Below, piece after piece: positions 20,001 through 28,340 of a stretch of 64,000 nt of DNA (positions are counted from its first letter, which is position 1; each line of letters begins with the position of its first letter). The notes under the pieces were generated by a model. That model made no database searches and was not told the origin of the DNA. It saw only the letters and a list, made by a program, of their open reading frames with translations. Origin of the DNA: a virus; the IMG/VR virus record IMGVR_UViG_3300034524_000011, positions 1 to 64,000 of that record. The stretch is one strand, 5' to 3'. The translations under genes were made by a program, and so were the position numbers.

Positions 20001-20661
20001 AGCATGGCTGGGAGATCAGTTCACAGCGGCAAAGAACGCCATAAGCGAGGCCTGGTCCGGAGTATCCGACTGGTTCTCAAATAACGTATGGGAGCCCATC
20101 AAGAACGGAGCAACCAAAGCATGGGAATGGGTAGGCGAGAAGCTCGGCGGCATTGGCGAATGGATCGGAGACCTGGGCCAAAAAGGCTCAAAGGAAACCG
20201 GCCTGACAACCAGCAAGGGCAAAGGCAGTATCCTCGAACATGCATACGGCGGAATTATGACAAAACCGCACATGGGCATCGTGGCCGAGGACGGAGCCGA
20301 AAGCCTTATCCCGTTAAGCCCAAGCAAGAGACAAAGAGGCCTTGATTTATGGCAGCGGACCGGTGAACTTCTCGGAGTCAGGGCCTACGAAGACGGCGGA
20401 ATAGTAGGTGAGGAACCGGACGAAATTCCGGTAGCTCCTGCAACCGGAAAAACTGGCCAGAACATAACCGTAAAAGTGGAAGTCAAAGCAGAACCTAAAT
20501 TCGTGATTGAAGGCAGCGGAGATAACACTGACGAAAACAAAGTGGTGGCCATATTGAAAGCCTATATCCGTGAAATGACCGACGACATAGGAGACGAGCT
20601 GGCAGAGAGACTGGCCCGCATTTTTGCAAATATGCCGGTGAAAGGAGGAGCTGAAGCGTAA
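17071..20661 (+). CDS. Tape measure protein
   Basis: 1196 aa; FEQTQIAFETML...TPFEFPEL tape-measure domain; Trp-periodic repeats; C-terminal HAYGG...VAEDGAESLIPL. Confidence 0.95.
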   Translation: MAAETFRIEIPIHVEDKTDPGVSQATRKINKFDEANQRTQERLNQMNKTKYQVVLDALDRASSIVGKVSSKARSIAGKTFSFTMKVIDLATAPLRALWNFATSIQGAILGATGAFAGIYKPMEIAADFEQTQIAFETMLKSAEKAEKFLKEASEFANKTPFEFPELINSSKLLMAFGFEADKVLDMLKTIGDTASGLGAGSEGIDRITRALGQMRAKGRAQTEELLQLQELGVPANQILQEELGLTGEQVANIGKESIEASKVIEALLRGMEKRFGGMMDNQSRTAKGMISTLKDTLENSLLRPWGQGLWEGIKPGLERITTWIDENQDIIAEWGEAWKKAGANISKWVMVRVDGLRNSIQRMVNSQEWKDAKNFGEKLKIAWDQIIAQPFNEWWNSTGKAWLADKASKIGEGIGTALSAGLLTILGIDAKGAVEEGTSIGASFAEGFKKGFDGKKVGEALLNAIKGVFKDAATLLPGGEEASSTSWLSAGAIVLAMQKLGIFKLLGKGGKGLINLFGKGSKSGAPDTTGIPSAYGTDTVYMTASIVYIYGKTIQGPGGSPTGGSPLGGYPSLPTAGKTPSLPPAGGSPLALPGAAGAAGKALNTVQLSNGTYVVTGGALATGLAKTGVALGSGATTAGGAIAAGASSVLGGAFGIAGLGAGAIDIYQGTKKTGKEAKDEYFQGGTKIGMVGAGAGIGAAVGSVVPVIGTGVGALVGAGIGGVAALFTGDKAGKALSDATDKDGALSKFWENTKQWASNTWDSIKTGASNAGSWVAEKWNAAGDWISNKWSSFSDWFDTSVWTPVKDVGISAINIAAGAWSEVRDWVGEKWIDFSAWFDESVWTPVKDAAQAAGEWVSQRWDEARTWIGDRWSDFSSWFDESIWTPVSNAAQAAGQWVSDRWNEARTWIGERWSDFSTWFEESIWTPVKTGAQAAGQWVSERWSEAKAWVSETWGTVSTWFDETVWQPVKSAALTAGAWLGDQFTAAKNAISEAWSGVSDWFSNNVWEPIKNGATKAWEWVGEKLGGIGEWIGDLGQKGSKETGLTTSKGKGSILEHAYGGIMTKPHMGIVAEDGAESLIPLSPSKRQRGLDLWQRTGELLGVRAYEDGGIVGEEPDEIPVAPATGKTGQNITVKVEVKAEPKFVIEGSGDNTDENKVVAILKAYIREMTDDIGDELAERLARIFANMPVKGGAEA
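19456..20110 (+). repeat. 41-aa (123-bp) Trp-rich tandem repeats in the tape measure gene
   Basis: WF.ES.WTPV recurs every 123 nt, ~6 units. Confidence 0.85.
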
Positions 20662-21323
20662 TGGATATATACCTCACTGAAATAGAAACAGGAGCAAGGC
20701 TGGCGCTTTCCATGCTCCCCGAAAAAACAAAGCAAGAAGGCGACGCTGCATTCCAGGTTTATGACATTATCAATGTCGGGGAGGTAAGGATCCCGAAGGG
20801 TACCAACCTTTTAACCTTCTCGTGGAGCGGTACCCTCCCCGGCAAAAGCCGAAGGAACGCCAGCTATGTAAAATCCCAATACTGGCAAAGCCCGGAGGAG
20901 ATCCAGAACATATGGGAAAGATGGCGTAAAGAAGGCACCAAAATAAGGCTCATGGTCACAGAGACACCAATCAACCACGATGTATACCTGGACAGTTACA
21001 CTGCAGAGGCCGCCGGAGGAAACGGCGACTACGAGTACACAATCACCTTTATTGAAGCAAAGCCTATAGAGGTTTACACGGTAAACGAGCTGAACATCAA
21101 GCCCAAAACGCAGACAAATAAGACGAGCACATCAACTCGGCCTCCGGCAGCAAAAGCTGCAGCCAAGACTTATACCGTTAAAAGTGGAGATAGTCTCTGG
21201 AAAATTGCACAAGTGACCCTTGGCAAGGGCGGAAGGTATATGGAGATTTACAACCTGAACAAAGACAAGCTGAAAAACCCAAATCTAATATACCCGGGAC
21301 AAGTCCTAACGCTGCCGAGTTAG
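20661..21323 (+). CDS. LysM-domain tail tube initiator (XkdP-like)
   Basis: C-terminal YTVKSGDSLWKIA...NPNLIYPGQVLTLP. Confidence 0.92.
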   Translation: MDIYLTEIETGARLALSMLPEKTKQEGDAAFQVYDIINVGEVRIPKGTNLLTFSWSGTLPGKSRRNASYVKSQYWQSPEEIQNIWERWRKEGTKIRLMVTETPINHDVYLDSYTAEAAGGNGDYEYTITFIEAKPIEVYTVNELNIKPKTQTNKTSTSTRPPAAKAAAKTYTVKSGDSLWKIAQVTLGKGGRYMEIYNLNKDKLKNPNLIYPGQVLTLPS

Positions 21324-21336
21324 GAGGTGAAGAGCC

Positions 21337-22587
21337 ACGATAGACATTAGCAGAATCAAATACAGAGTGATACTAATTACATCTTCAGGCAAACAGATCG
21401 ATGTCACCCAGGCTGCCGAAAGTCTCGGATGGGAGGAAGGCGACGCAGAGCTGGCCATGAGAACCAGCATATCACTCCATAATATCACATACGAAGGCAA
21501 AAAACTCTCCAGCATTGCACAACCAGGATGCATAGTGGTCGTTATTGCAGACTGGGGAACAGGCAGCGACGAGGTCGCCAGAGGAACCATAGTGGAATGG
21601 GAACCTGGAGAAATCGGGAACACTGCTACCATCTTTGACATCATGGCTTATGATGAGCTCTTCAACCTTCAACAGAGCCAGGATAACCGGTATTATACGG
21701 CTGGCACAGGAACCAAATCGGCCATCATGGGAATATTCAACGACTGGGGAGTACCCGTCGAAAAATACGAGGGCCCGGATGTAGCACATGCAAAGATGCC
21801 TTTCAAGAACGAATATTTGAGCAATATTCTCCTGCAGCTTTTAGATGATGCAGCAAAGAAAGGCGGACCCAAATGCATTATCCGAGCCACAAAAGGCAAG
21901 GTAAGCGTGCTGCCGAAAGGAAGCAATAAAACCATATACCACTTTGATGAAGACACAAACGCGACGCTGGTCAGAGATAAGATCAGCACCGCGGATCTTG
22001 TCACCAGGGTAAAGGTGGTAGGCAAGGAAGACAGCGAAGGAAGGCAGCCGGTGGAGGCCGTACTTGACGGATTAACCCAATACGGTATCCGGCAAAGGAT
22101 CTACAATAGGTCCGAAGACGATACACTGGCCACAGCGAAATCAGCGGCCCAGCAAATGCTGGACGAGCAAGGCAAACCGGCCAGGCCAATAGTCCTCGAA
22201 GCTCCAGACGTGCCAATGATCCGCAAAGGAGACAAAATCCATGTCAAGGCAGGTACCCTCAACGGATACTACATCATCAAGGCCATAAGGCACGATGCCG
22301 GCAGCAGAACCATGACCATGGAGCTGGAAGACGAAGAGGACAAAACAACAACAGCTACCACCACACAGGCCACAACCACTGCAGCTTCAAGCTCCGGAGA
22401 GTTCAACAAGGGAGATACCGTAATCTTGAACGGACCGGTATACCGCGACAGCTACGGAAACGGCAAAGGAAAAACCTTCACCAACCGGAAATGCACCATC
22501 ACCATTAAAGTGGACACTTCAAGGCCATGCCCGTACCATGTGGACGCCATCGGCTGGGTAAAGCCAAATACAATAACTAAAGCATAG
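21337..22587 (+). CDS. Baseplate hub protein (XkdQ-like)
   Basis: Position and size; RBS GGAGGTG points to an in-frame ACG at 21337 (first canonical start is GTG 21367). Confidence 0.8.
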   Translation, partial: TIDISRIKYRVILITSSGKQIDVTQAAESLGWEEGDAELAMRTSISLHNITYEGKKLSSIAQPGCIVVVIADWGTGSDEVARGTIVEWEPGEIGNTATIFDIMAYDELFNLQQSQDNRYYTAGTGTKSAIMGIFNDWGVPVEKYEGPDVAHAKMPFKNEYLSNILLQLLDDAAKKGGPKCIIRATKGKVSVLPKGSNKTIYHFDEDTNATLVRDKISTADLVTRVKVVGKEDSEGRQPVEAVLDGLTQYGIRQRIYNRSEDDTLATAKSAAQQMLDEQGKPARPIVLEAPDVPMIRKGDKIHVKAGTLNGYYIIKAIRHDAGSRTMTMELEDEEDKTTTATTTQATTTAASSSGEFNKGDTVILNGPVYRDSYGNGKGKTFTNRKCTITIKVDTSRPCPYHVDAIGWVKPNTITKA

Positions 22588-22598
22588 GAGGTGGGAGC

Positions 22599-23045
22599 AT
22601 GAAACCATCATCGGGAAGCTCAGGCATAAACAAGCTGGCCAGGGTAATGCAGCAGCGCATGAAGGAAGTAAATGCATCTCCCCTTCTGCTTGATTTTGGA
22701 GTAATCCAAGCGGATTACAGCTTGCTGACCAACACATACCCGATACCAATACCTAAAACGGATTACCTGGTATGCAGGGATGTAACCCATGACCCAGGCA
22801 AACCATTAACCCAAACCAAAACCGGACAAGGACAGCACCCACATGGCCCAAGCGGAAGCCACGACCAATACCAAGGCGACGGAACTCACAGCCACCCAAA
22901 TACAGAGGGAGCTCATGTTCACGATGTAGTGGTTCCGGAAAGCATGCACTGGCTGAAGCCGGGAGACAGGGTCCTGGTGGCCTGGGTACAAAACGACGCC
23001 GTAGTCATTGATATCGTGCTACCGGCAACAAAGATAGGAGGATGA
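22599..23045 (+). CDS. Baseplate spike-like protein (XkdR-like, His-rich tip)
   Basis: HxH repeats and LKPGDRVLVAW. Confidence 0.7.
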   Translation: MKPSSGSSGINKLARVMQQRMKEVNASPLLLDFGVIQADYSLLTNTYPIPIPKTDYLVCRDVTHDPGKPLTQTKTGQGQHPHGPSGSHDQYQGDGTHSHPNTEGAHVHDVVVPESMHWLKPGDRVLVAWVQNDAVVIDIVLPATKIGG

Positions 23046-23049
23046 TCAT

Positions 23050-23499
23050 ATGGCAGATAAAAACCTGTTTCCTGTCTTTGACGTTCCAGAGATCAACATA
23101 ACAACTCCTCCGGAGGAGCAGAAATATAAGCCGAGCGTTTATTTTGATTTCCAGCTTGGAGACTTCAGGCGAGACGGAGCCAATAAACTGGTGGTGGCCG
23201 ACGGGAAAGAAGCATACAAACAATGGTGCATTAAAACCGTGCTGACAGAACGCATGGAAAGGCTGGCATACAGCAGCGATATAGGAATCGAGCTTCATGA
23301 CGCCTTAAAACAGGCGGACCGGCAGGCGGTAGAATCGGCCCTGGAGAGAACTATCACAGAGGCACTCATGGTCAACCCAAGGACAGAATATGTCCGGGGA
23401 TTTGAGTTTACATGGACCAGTGACAGCATATACTGCGAGTTCGTTGTAAAGGGCAAAGAATGGGAAGAACAAGAAATCGGTGTGAATTTTCAAACATAA
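23050..23499 (+). CDS. Baseplate wedge/sheath initiator (XkdS/DUF2634-like)
   Basis: EAYKQWCIKTVLTER..YSSDIG...ITEALMVNPR. Confidence 0.85.
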   Translation: MADKNLFPVFDVPEINITTPPEEQKYKPSVYFDFQLGDFRRDGANKLVVADGKEAYKQWCIKTVLTERMERLAYSSDIGIELHDALKQADRQAVESALERTITEALMVNPRTEYVRGFEFTWTSDSIYCEFVVKGKEWEEQEIGVNFQT

Positions 23500-23512
23500 G
23501 GAGGTGGAATAG

Positions 23513-24649
23513 ATGTCGATACCAGAGTTTACACCGCCCAGTTTCCTGAATGATCAGGATGCTGAAACAATTCATAAGCGCATGATGGAAAATCTGCCAC
23601 CGGACATAGACGATACGGAAAATGGCTTTCCTTGGGATTTTACCAAGCCTACAGCACTTGAAAAAGCAGAAATGCTGGAATTCCACCTCGTAGAAACGCT
23701 GAAGATCATGTTCCCGATGTGGGCATATGACGAATGGCTGGACTACCATGCCAAAGGGCGCGGTATAACAAGAAAACCTGCAAACGCAGCTTCAGGAGAG
23801 CTCCTTATAACAGGAGTACCAGGAACAACAATACCTGCAGGTTTCAGGTTCGCCGCACCGGCCACAGCTGACACGCCGGCAATTGAATATCAGACAACCG
23901 AAAAGTATACCATCGGCGAAGATGGGACCGTAAGAGTTCAAGTAACGGCTGTTGAACCAGGGACCAAAGGGAATGTGCCGGCAAATACGGTTACTTTGAT
24001 GATGACGCCAATCAAAGGCATTACATCAATAACCAACGAAGCAAGCATTACAGGCGGAACCGAAGTAGAGAGCGACGATGAGCTGCGCAATAGGATATTA
24101 GAAATTGACGCAGCCAGCGAGGCCAGCTTTGTCGGCAGCGATGGTGATTATAAGCGATGGGCGGAGGAGGTTCCTGGTGTAGGTACCGCGCTGGTAATGC
24201 CGGAATGGGCAGGACCAGGAACGGTGAAGGTGGTCGTAATTGACGCCAACGGCCAGCCGGCCAACCAGGCGATAATTACTGCAGTATACAACAACATCAT
24301 GTCGCCGGACGACAGGCTGCAGAGGAAGGCTCCAATAGGCGCCACGGTCACCGTAGAGGCACCGACGGCCAAGGAGATAAATTATAGCTTCACACTCGAA
24401 TTAAAGGCAGGTGTGAACCAGGAAACTGTTCTGGAGCGTTTCAAAGCGCAGCTTCGAACATATTACGTCGAAGCCAAGAAGGAAGGAGTAGTGAGATACA
24501 ACAGGGTAAGCTCAATTTTAACCAACACAGAAGGAGTGAAAGACTTCACGGGACTGACCATGAACGGAGGTACCGTCAATATCGTGCTTGAGGAGGACGA
24601 ATACCCGGTAACGGGCACTATTGATCCGGGCGGAGGTGGCAGCGAATGA
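23513..24649 (+). CDS. Baseplate J/gp47 protein (XkdT-like)
   Basis: GGTEVESDDELRNR, DYKRWAEEVPGVG, GPGTVKV motifs. Confidence 0.93.
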   Translation: MSIPEFTPPSFLNDQDAETIHKRMMENLPPDIDDTENGFPWDFTKPTALEKAEMLEFHLVETLKIMFPMWAYDEWLDYHAKGRGITRKPANAASGELLITGVPGTTIPAGFRFAAPATADTPAIEYQTTEKYTIGEDGTVRVQVTAVEPGTKGNVPANTVTLMMTPIKGITSITNEASITGGTEVESDDELRNRILEIDAASEASFVGSDGDYKRWAEEVPGVGTALVMPEWAGPGTVKVVVIDANGQPANQAIITAVYNNIMSPDDRLQRKAPIGATVTVEAPTAKEINYSFTLELKAGVNQETVLERFKAQLRTYYVEAKKEGVVRYNRVSSILTNTEGVKDFTGLTMNGGTVNIVLEEDEYPVTGTIDPGGGGSE

Positions 24650-25311
24650 ATTTAGAGAATTTCCCTACCAGCCCGGCGGCCAAGAGAATGCTGAAGACCG
24701 TATCGCCGATTTATGACAAGTCCTATATTGCAAAGTGGATATTCCAGGTCATGGGCCTGGAGATAGACGAGGCATGGCAATTCATCGAAGAGCTGCGCCT
24801 TCAGGCATTCCCGGAGACGGCCACATGGGGAATAACATACTGGGAGCAACGATATAATATCCCACCCGATGAAAGCCTATCCCTTGAGGAACGCCGGCAG
24901 CGCGTGATCATTAAACGAGGTAAGCGCTCTCCAATGAACCCGGCAAGAATTGAACGGATTGTAAGAGACGTGACAGGCAGAGAGGACATGGTAACCGAGC
25001 AAAACGGAGAGTACACCTTTTATATTTCCATTTTGCCGGGAGAATCGACGGTGGACTACCAGGAGCTAATAGACACCATAAAAAGCGTGAAGCCGTCGCA
25101 TCTTGCATTTAAAGTGCTCTTCGAAACCGACGTGTCAATGACAATCCAGGTAAACAACCAGGCCTACACATTCGAATATCCGCTCACAGGGACCATCCCG
25201 GATATAAACACGGTAGGAGGCATAGAACACGGGTCAATATTACCGAGCATTACAGCACAAGGCTCGGTATTTGATTATCAGCTTTGCGGCGAAGGAGAAC
25301 GCGACCTATAG
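24646..25311 (+). CDS. Baseplate wedge protein (XkdU/YmfQ-like)
   Basis: TATWGITYWE, LEERRQRV, VKPSHL motifs. Confidence 0.85.
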   Translation: MNLENFPTSPAAKRMLKTVSPIYDKSYIAKWIFQVMGLEIDEAWQFIEELRLQAFPETATWGITYWEQRYNIPPDESLSLEERRQRVIIKRGKRSPMNPARIERIVRDVTGREDMVTEQNGEYTFYISILPGESTVDYQELIDTIKSVKPSHLAFKVLFETDVSMTIQVNNQAYTFEYPLTGTIPDINTVGGIEHGSILPSITAQGSVFDYQLCGEGERDL

Positions 25312-25325
25312 AAAGGAGGAAAGCC

Positions 25326-25637
25326 ATGGGATTGCTAACAGCGGCGGCGATTGAAGGGTATAAGGAGTATACCAGGAAGACAATCGCATATGCCAGATAC
25401 AAAGCAGGCGGCAATTATTACAACGCTAAAATTTCTTCGGTTTCCGTCCTTCCGGATGGCAGACTGGCGGTCGATTTCCTGATCGACCATATGGTACCAG
25501 GGGACATCAACGTGACGGAGGTTCAGCTTTACGACACGAACAATAACCTCTGGCTTTCAAAGCCGGAAAGCCTGGTCCGAAAGGATGTGCAAGAAGGAAT
25601 TTTATACAGGTTCACATTCATAATTCAGGAAGGGTAG
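25326..25637 (+). CDS. Tail fibre-associated hypothetical protein
   Basis: GGAGG RBS, ATG at 25326; position. Confidence 0.6.
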   Translation: MGLLTAAAIEGYKEYTRKTIAYARYKAGGNYYNAKISSVSVLPDGRLAVDFLIDHMVPGDINVTEVQLYDTNNNLWLSKPESLVRKDVQEGILYRFTFIIQEG

Positions 25638-25647
25638 GTGAAAAAGC

Positions 25648-26166
25648 GTGCATAAACAGACCGAATGGAAGGACCATGTGACCCAGTTTCCGAACCGGAG
25701 GATCATAACTGACAACGGCGACGGAACAGTCACAGTAACAAAAGCGCAGGGAGAGGTTATCCAGCAAGGGACACCTCAAAGCGCAACCAACTTCAACAAC
25801 GTAGAGAACGGGATCCAGGACGCCCATACAGCCTTTCAGGTATTCCTGCATTACTTCATGCAGTTTGACCGCTGGATCAGGCAGAAGGTGGCGGACTTTG
25901 CGGCCGAGTTTCTCAATGAAATTCAGACTGTGACCCTCACGAATACGCTTAAGTTCCCATTCAACGACAGCGTTTATACAGTGAGCCTGGTAACACCAAG
26001 GAAGACGCTTAACTATGACGTGAGCTGGGAGATCACCAGCGCAAACGGCAATGTCGGCGATATTACCGTGTCCGACAAACAGCTGAACGGCTTCAAAATT
26101 GCCTTTGATGGCAGCGCAACAAGCGTAACGATTAAATTAAGAATTAAAGGAGGCATGCTCGTATGA
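25648..26166 (+). CDS. Tail fibre base protein
   Basis: WKDHV...QQGTPQSATNFNNVENGI motif typical of fibre N-termini. Confidence 0.65.
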   Translation: MHKQTEWKDHVTQFPNRRIITDNGDGTVTVTKAQGEVIQQGTPQSATNFNNVENGIQDAHTAFQVFLHYFMQFDRWIRQKVADFAAEFLNEIQTVTLTNTLKFPFNDSVYTVSLVTPRKTLNYDVSWEITSANGNVGDITVSDKQLNGFKIAFDGSATSVTIKLRIKGGMLV

Positions 26167-26489
26167 AGGTAATCGAAAAGAACGAAGGTCCTAAAATCGC
26201 TTACGAAGAAAACGGTACAATGGTATTTCTCGGCGATTACGAGCTCATGATCAACGTGGCCAAGTACCAAAGAGACTGGCCGATGCACATTGATATTTGC
26301 CGCAATAGAGATAACCAACTGGTCATAGGCACAGGAGAGGGCCTGTACTATGTGGCACAATTTGATATACCGGCAATCAAATACACGGAACCAGAGACCG
26401 AAGAGGAAATCCCAGAGCCGCTACCTATCGACATGAGCGAGGTAGTTCTAACGCTTTGGAGCCTTGAAAACCTGGTACCGTCAAACTAA
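26163..26489 (+). CDS. Hypothetical tail protein upstream of the DGR target
   Basis: Coupled ORF with RBS. Confidence 0.6.
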   Translation: MKVIEKNEGPKIAYEENGTMVFLGDYELMINVAKYQRDWPMHIDICRNRDNQLVIGTGEGLYYVAQFDIPAIKYTEPETEEEIPEPLPIDMSEVVLTLWSLENLVPSN

Positions 26490-26505
26490 AGGAGGACTGA
26501 ACAAG

Positions 26506-27597
26506 ATGGCAAATTTTGATTTAGTGAAATTGGCACTAAAGGCGACATGCCCAGGAAACGACGTATTGTTGGACGATAAAGGGCTACCCAGCGTCATGGT
26601 GCGTATTCCGAAGTTTAAGATTTCAGACGTAATCGCCGGAGGCAGCAACAGCACACATCCAGCGTTCATCGTTAATGGAATAGAAGTTCCGGAAATATAC
26701 ATTTCCAAATTCCAGAATGTAATCCATAACGGCAGAGCCTACAGCCTGCCTGGCGAGGACCCCAAGACAAGTATTAACTTTGACACAGCAAGACAGGCAT
26801 GCGAGGCCAAAGGACCAGGCTGGCATCTTATGACGAACGCCGAATGGGCGGCGTTGGCATTATGGTGCAGGAAAAACAGCCTTATGCCTAAAGGCAACAA
26901 CAACTATGGCAAAGACACAAGCGAGAGCACGTTCGTTGCTATTCCAACTTCAGACTCAAATGGCGGCACATACGACACCGGTGACACCATTGGTAGAGTC
27001 GCAACCGGAACCGGCCCTGTGACATGGAGCCACAATGGAGAGGTCACAGGCATATGGGATTTAAACGGCAATGTATGGGAGTGGATAGGTGGATACCGTA
27101 CAGTAGATGGGGAAATTCAAATCCTACCCAATAACGACGCTGCAGATGCAGATAATAGCCAGCTGGTTGATAGCACAAAATGGAAGGCAATCATGCCAGA
27201 TGGAACACTTGTTGCACCAGGAACAGCTGGAACTCTTAAATGGGATTACACTGCCGCAAACCCAACAGGGCAACAGCCATTCAGACTTAATACAACGATC
27301 GAGTTCCCGGCAGCAGATGATACACCGTATGGAGGAATAAGTTTCTCAGCTTTAACTGCTGCATCAGGTGTTAACGTGCCAGAAATATTAAAAGCACTCG
27401 CACTATTCCCTGCAGACACCGGGGACCATGGCGGAGATTATATTTACATGAGAAACAGAGGCGAGCGCCTCGCGTGTCGCGGCGGCGGCTGGTACAACGG
27501 TTCGGCGGCCGGTGTGTTCAGTCTGAGCGGCTACCTTCCGCGCTCGTCCGTCGGCGCGAGCCTCGGGTTCCGCTCCGCTTTTATTCCGGGAATCTGA
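26506..27597 (+). CDS. DGR target protein, C-type-lectin/FGE-like fold, probable receptor-binding protein
   Basis: GWHLMTNAEW, WDLNGNVWEW, RGGGW...GFRSAF; last 115 bp match TR except at adenines. Confidence 0.92.
   Translation: MANFDLVKLALKATCPGNDVLLDDKGLPSVMVRIPKFKISDVIAGGSNSTHPAFIVNGIEVPEIYISKFQNVIHNGRAYSLPGEDPKTSINFDTARQACEAKGPGWHLMTNAEWAALALWCRKNSLMPKGNNNYGKDTSESTFVAIPTSDSNGGTYDTGDTIGRVATGTGPVTWSHNGEVTGIWDLNGNVWEWIGGYRTVDGEIQILPNNDAADADNSQLVDSTKWKAIMPDGTLVAPGTAGTLKWDYTAANPTGQQPFRLNTTIEFPAADDTPYGGISFSALTAASGVNVPEILKALALFPADTGDHGGDYIYMRNRGERLACRGGGWYNGSAAGVFSLSGYLPRSSVGASLGFRSAFIPGI
27465..27579 (+). repeat. DGR variable repeat (VR)
   Basis: 115-bp ungapped match to 28043-28157 with 17 mismatches, all at TR adenines. 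Confidence 0.97.
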
Positions 27598-27625
27598 TAT
27601 CTGGAACCCTGAATATCTGATCATT

Positions 27626-27645
27626 AGGGAGCCGCAAGGCTCCCT
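27626..27645 (+). other. DGR target-recognition hairpin/cruciform downstream of IMH
   Basis: Perfect 8-bp stem AGGGAGCC-GCAA-GGCTCCCT, 28 nt after the target stop. Confidence 0.85.
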
Positions 27646-27671
27646 TTCAATTTTCAAGACGGAGGGATTAG

Positions 27672-28010
27672 ATGGAAGAGCTGAAGATACTGCAGAAGAC
27701 ATACGACATGATCATGTATGGAAACCAGTGCCTTCTGCAATTTCCCAGAGCAGAGCGATATGCACTTGCAGCAGAGATTAAGCAAAGCATGTATAAAATT
27801 TTGAGACTTATCATCCAGGCAAATAAACAACGCAACAAAAGGCAGCTTCAAATCGAAATCGACACAGAGCTGGACGTGCTGCGTACGTTTATCAGATTGG
27901 CGGCAGATAACCAGACGAAATATCTTCCGCTCCGAAAATATGAAATTTGGAGCAAGCAACTGAACGAAATCGGGAAGATGCTCGGAGGCTGGATGAAGTC
28001 CACAAATTAG
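27672..28010 (+). CDS. avd: DGR accessory variability determinant
   Basis: 112-aa basic four-helix protein, FPRAERYALAAEIK...EIGKMLGGW, between VR and TR. Confidence 0.93.
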   Translation: MEELKILQKTYDMIMYGNQCLLQFPRAERYALAAEIKQSMYKILRLIIQANKQRNKRQLQIEIDTELDVLRTFIRLAADNQTKYLPLRKYEIWSKQLNEIGKMLGGWMKSTN

Positions 28011-28042
28011 ATAACACCGGGGATAGATCGCATAAACTTGCG

Positions 28043-28157
28043 GCGCCTCGCGTATCGCGGCGGCAACTGGAACAACGGTTCGGCAGCCGGTGTGTTCAGT
28101 CTGAACGGCAACAATCCACGCTCGAACGTCAACACGAACATCGGGTTCCGCTCCGCT
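28043..28157 (+). ncRNA. DGR template repeat (TR)
   Basis: AAC-rich invariant copy of VR located between avd and RT. Confidence 0.97.
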
Positions 28158-28340
28158 CTGCCCCCACACGTCAGAAGCCTGGCGCTCACGTGGCACCAGG
28201 ACGGAACAGGGGGACAAAGGGATCTATCTCCGTGCCTTTTGAGACAGCAGAGGGCAAAAGATTGAATTGCCGAGAAGACGACCGGTAGGAAACGAAAGCC
28301 GCCACGCTCGGCGTAATCAACAATTCGGAGGGAGGTACAC

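Noticed and set aside
28038-28265. 75-aa ORF overlapping TR that resembles the target C-terminus
   Set aside because: It is the translated template repeat (Asn-rich from AAC codons), with no convincing RBS; not a second target gene
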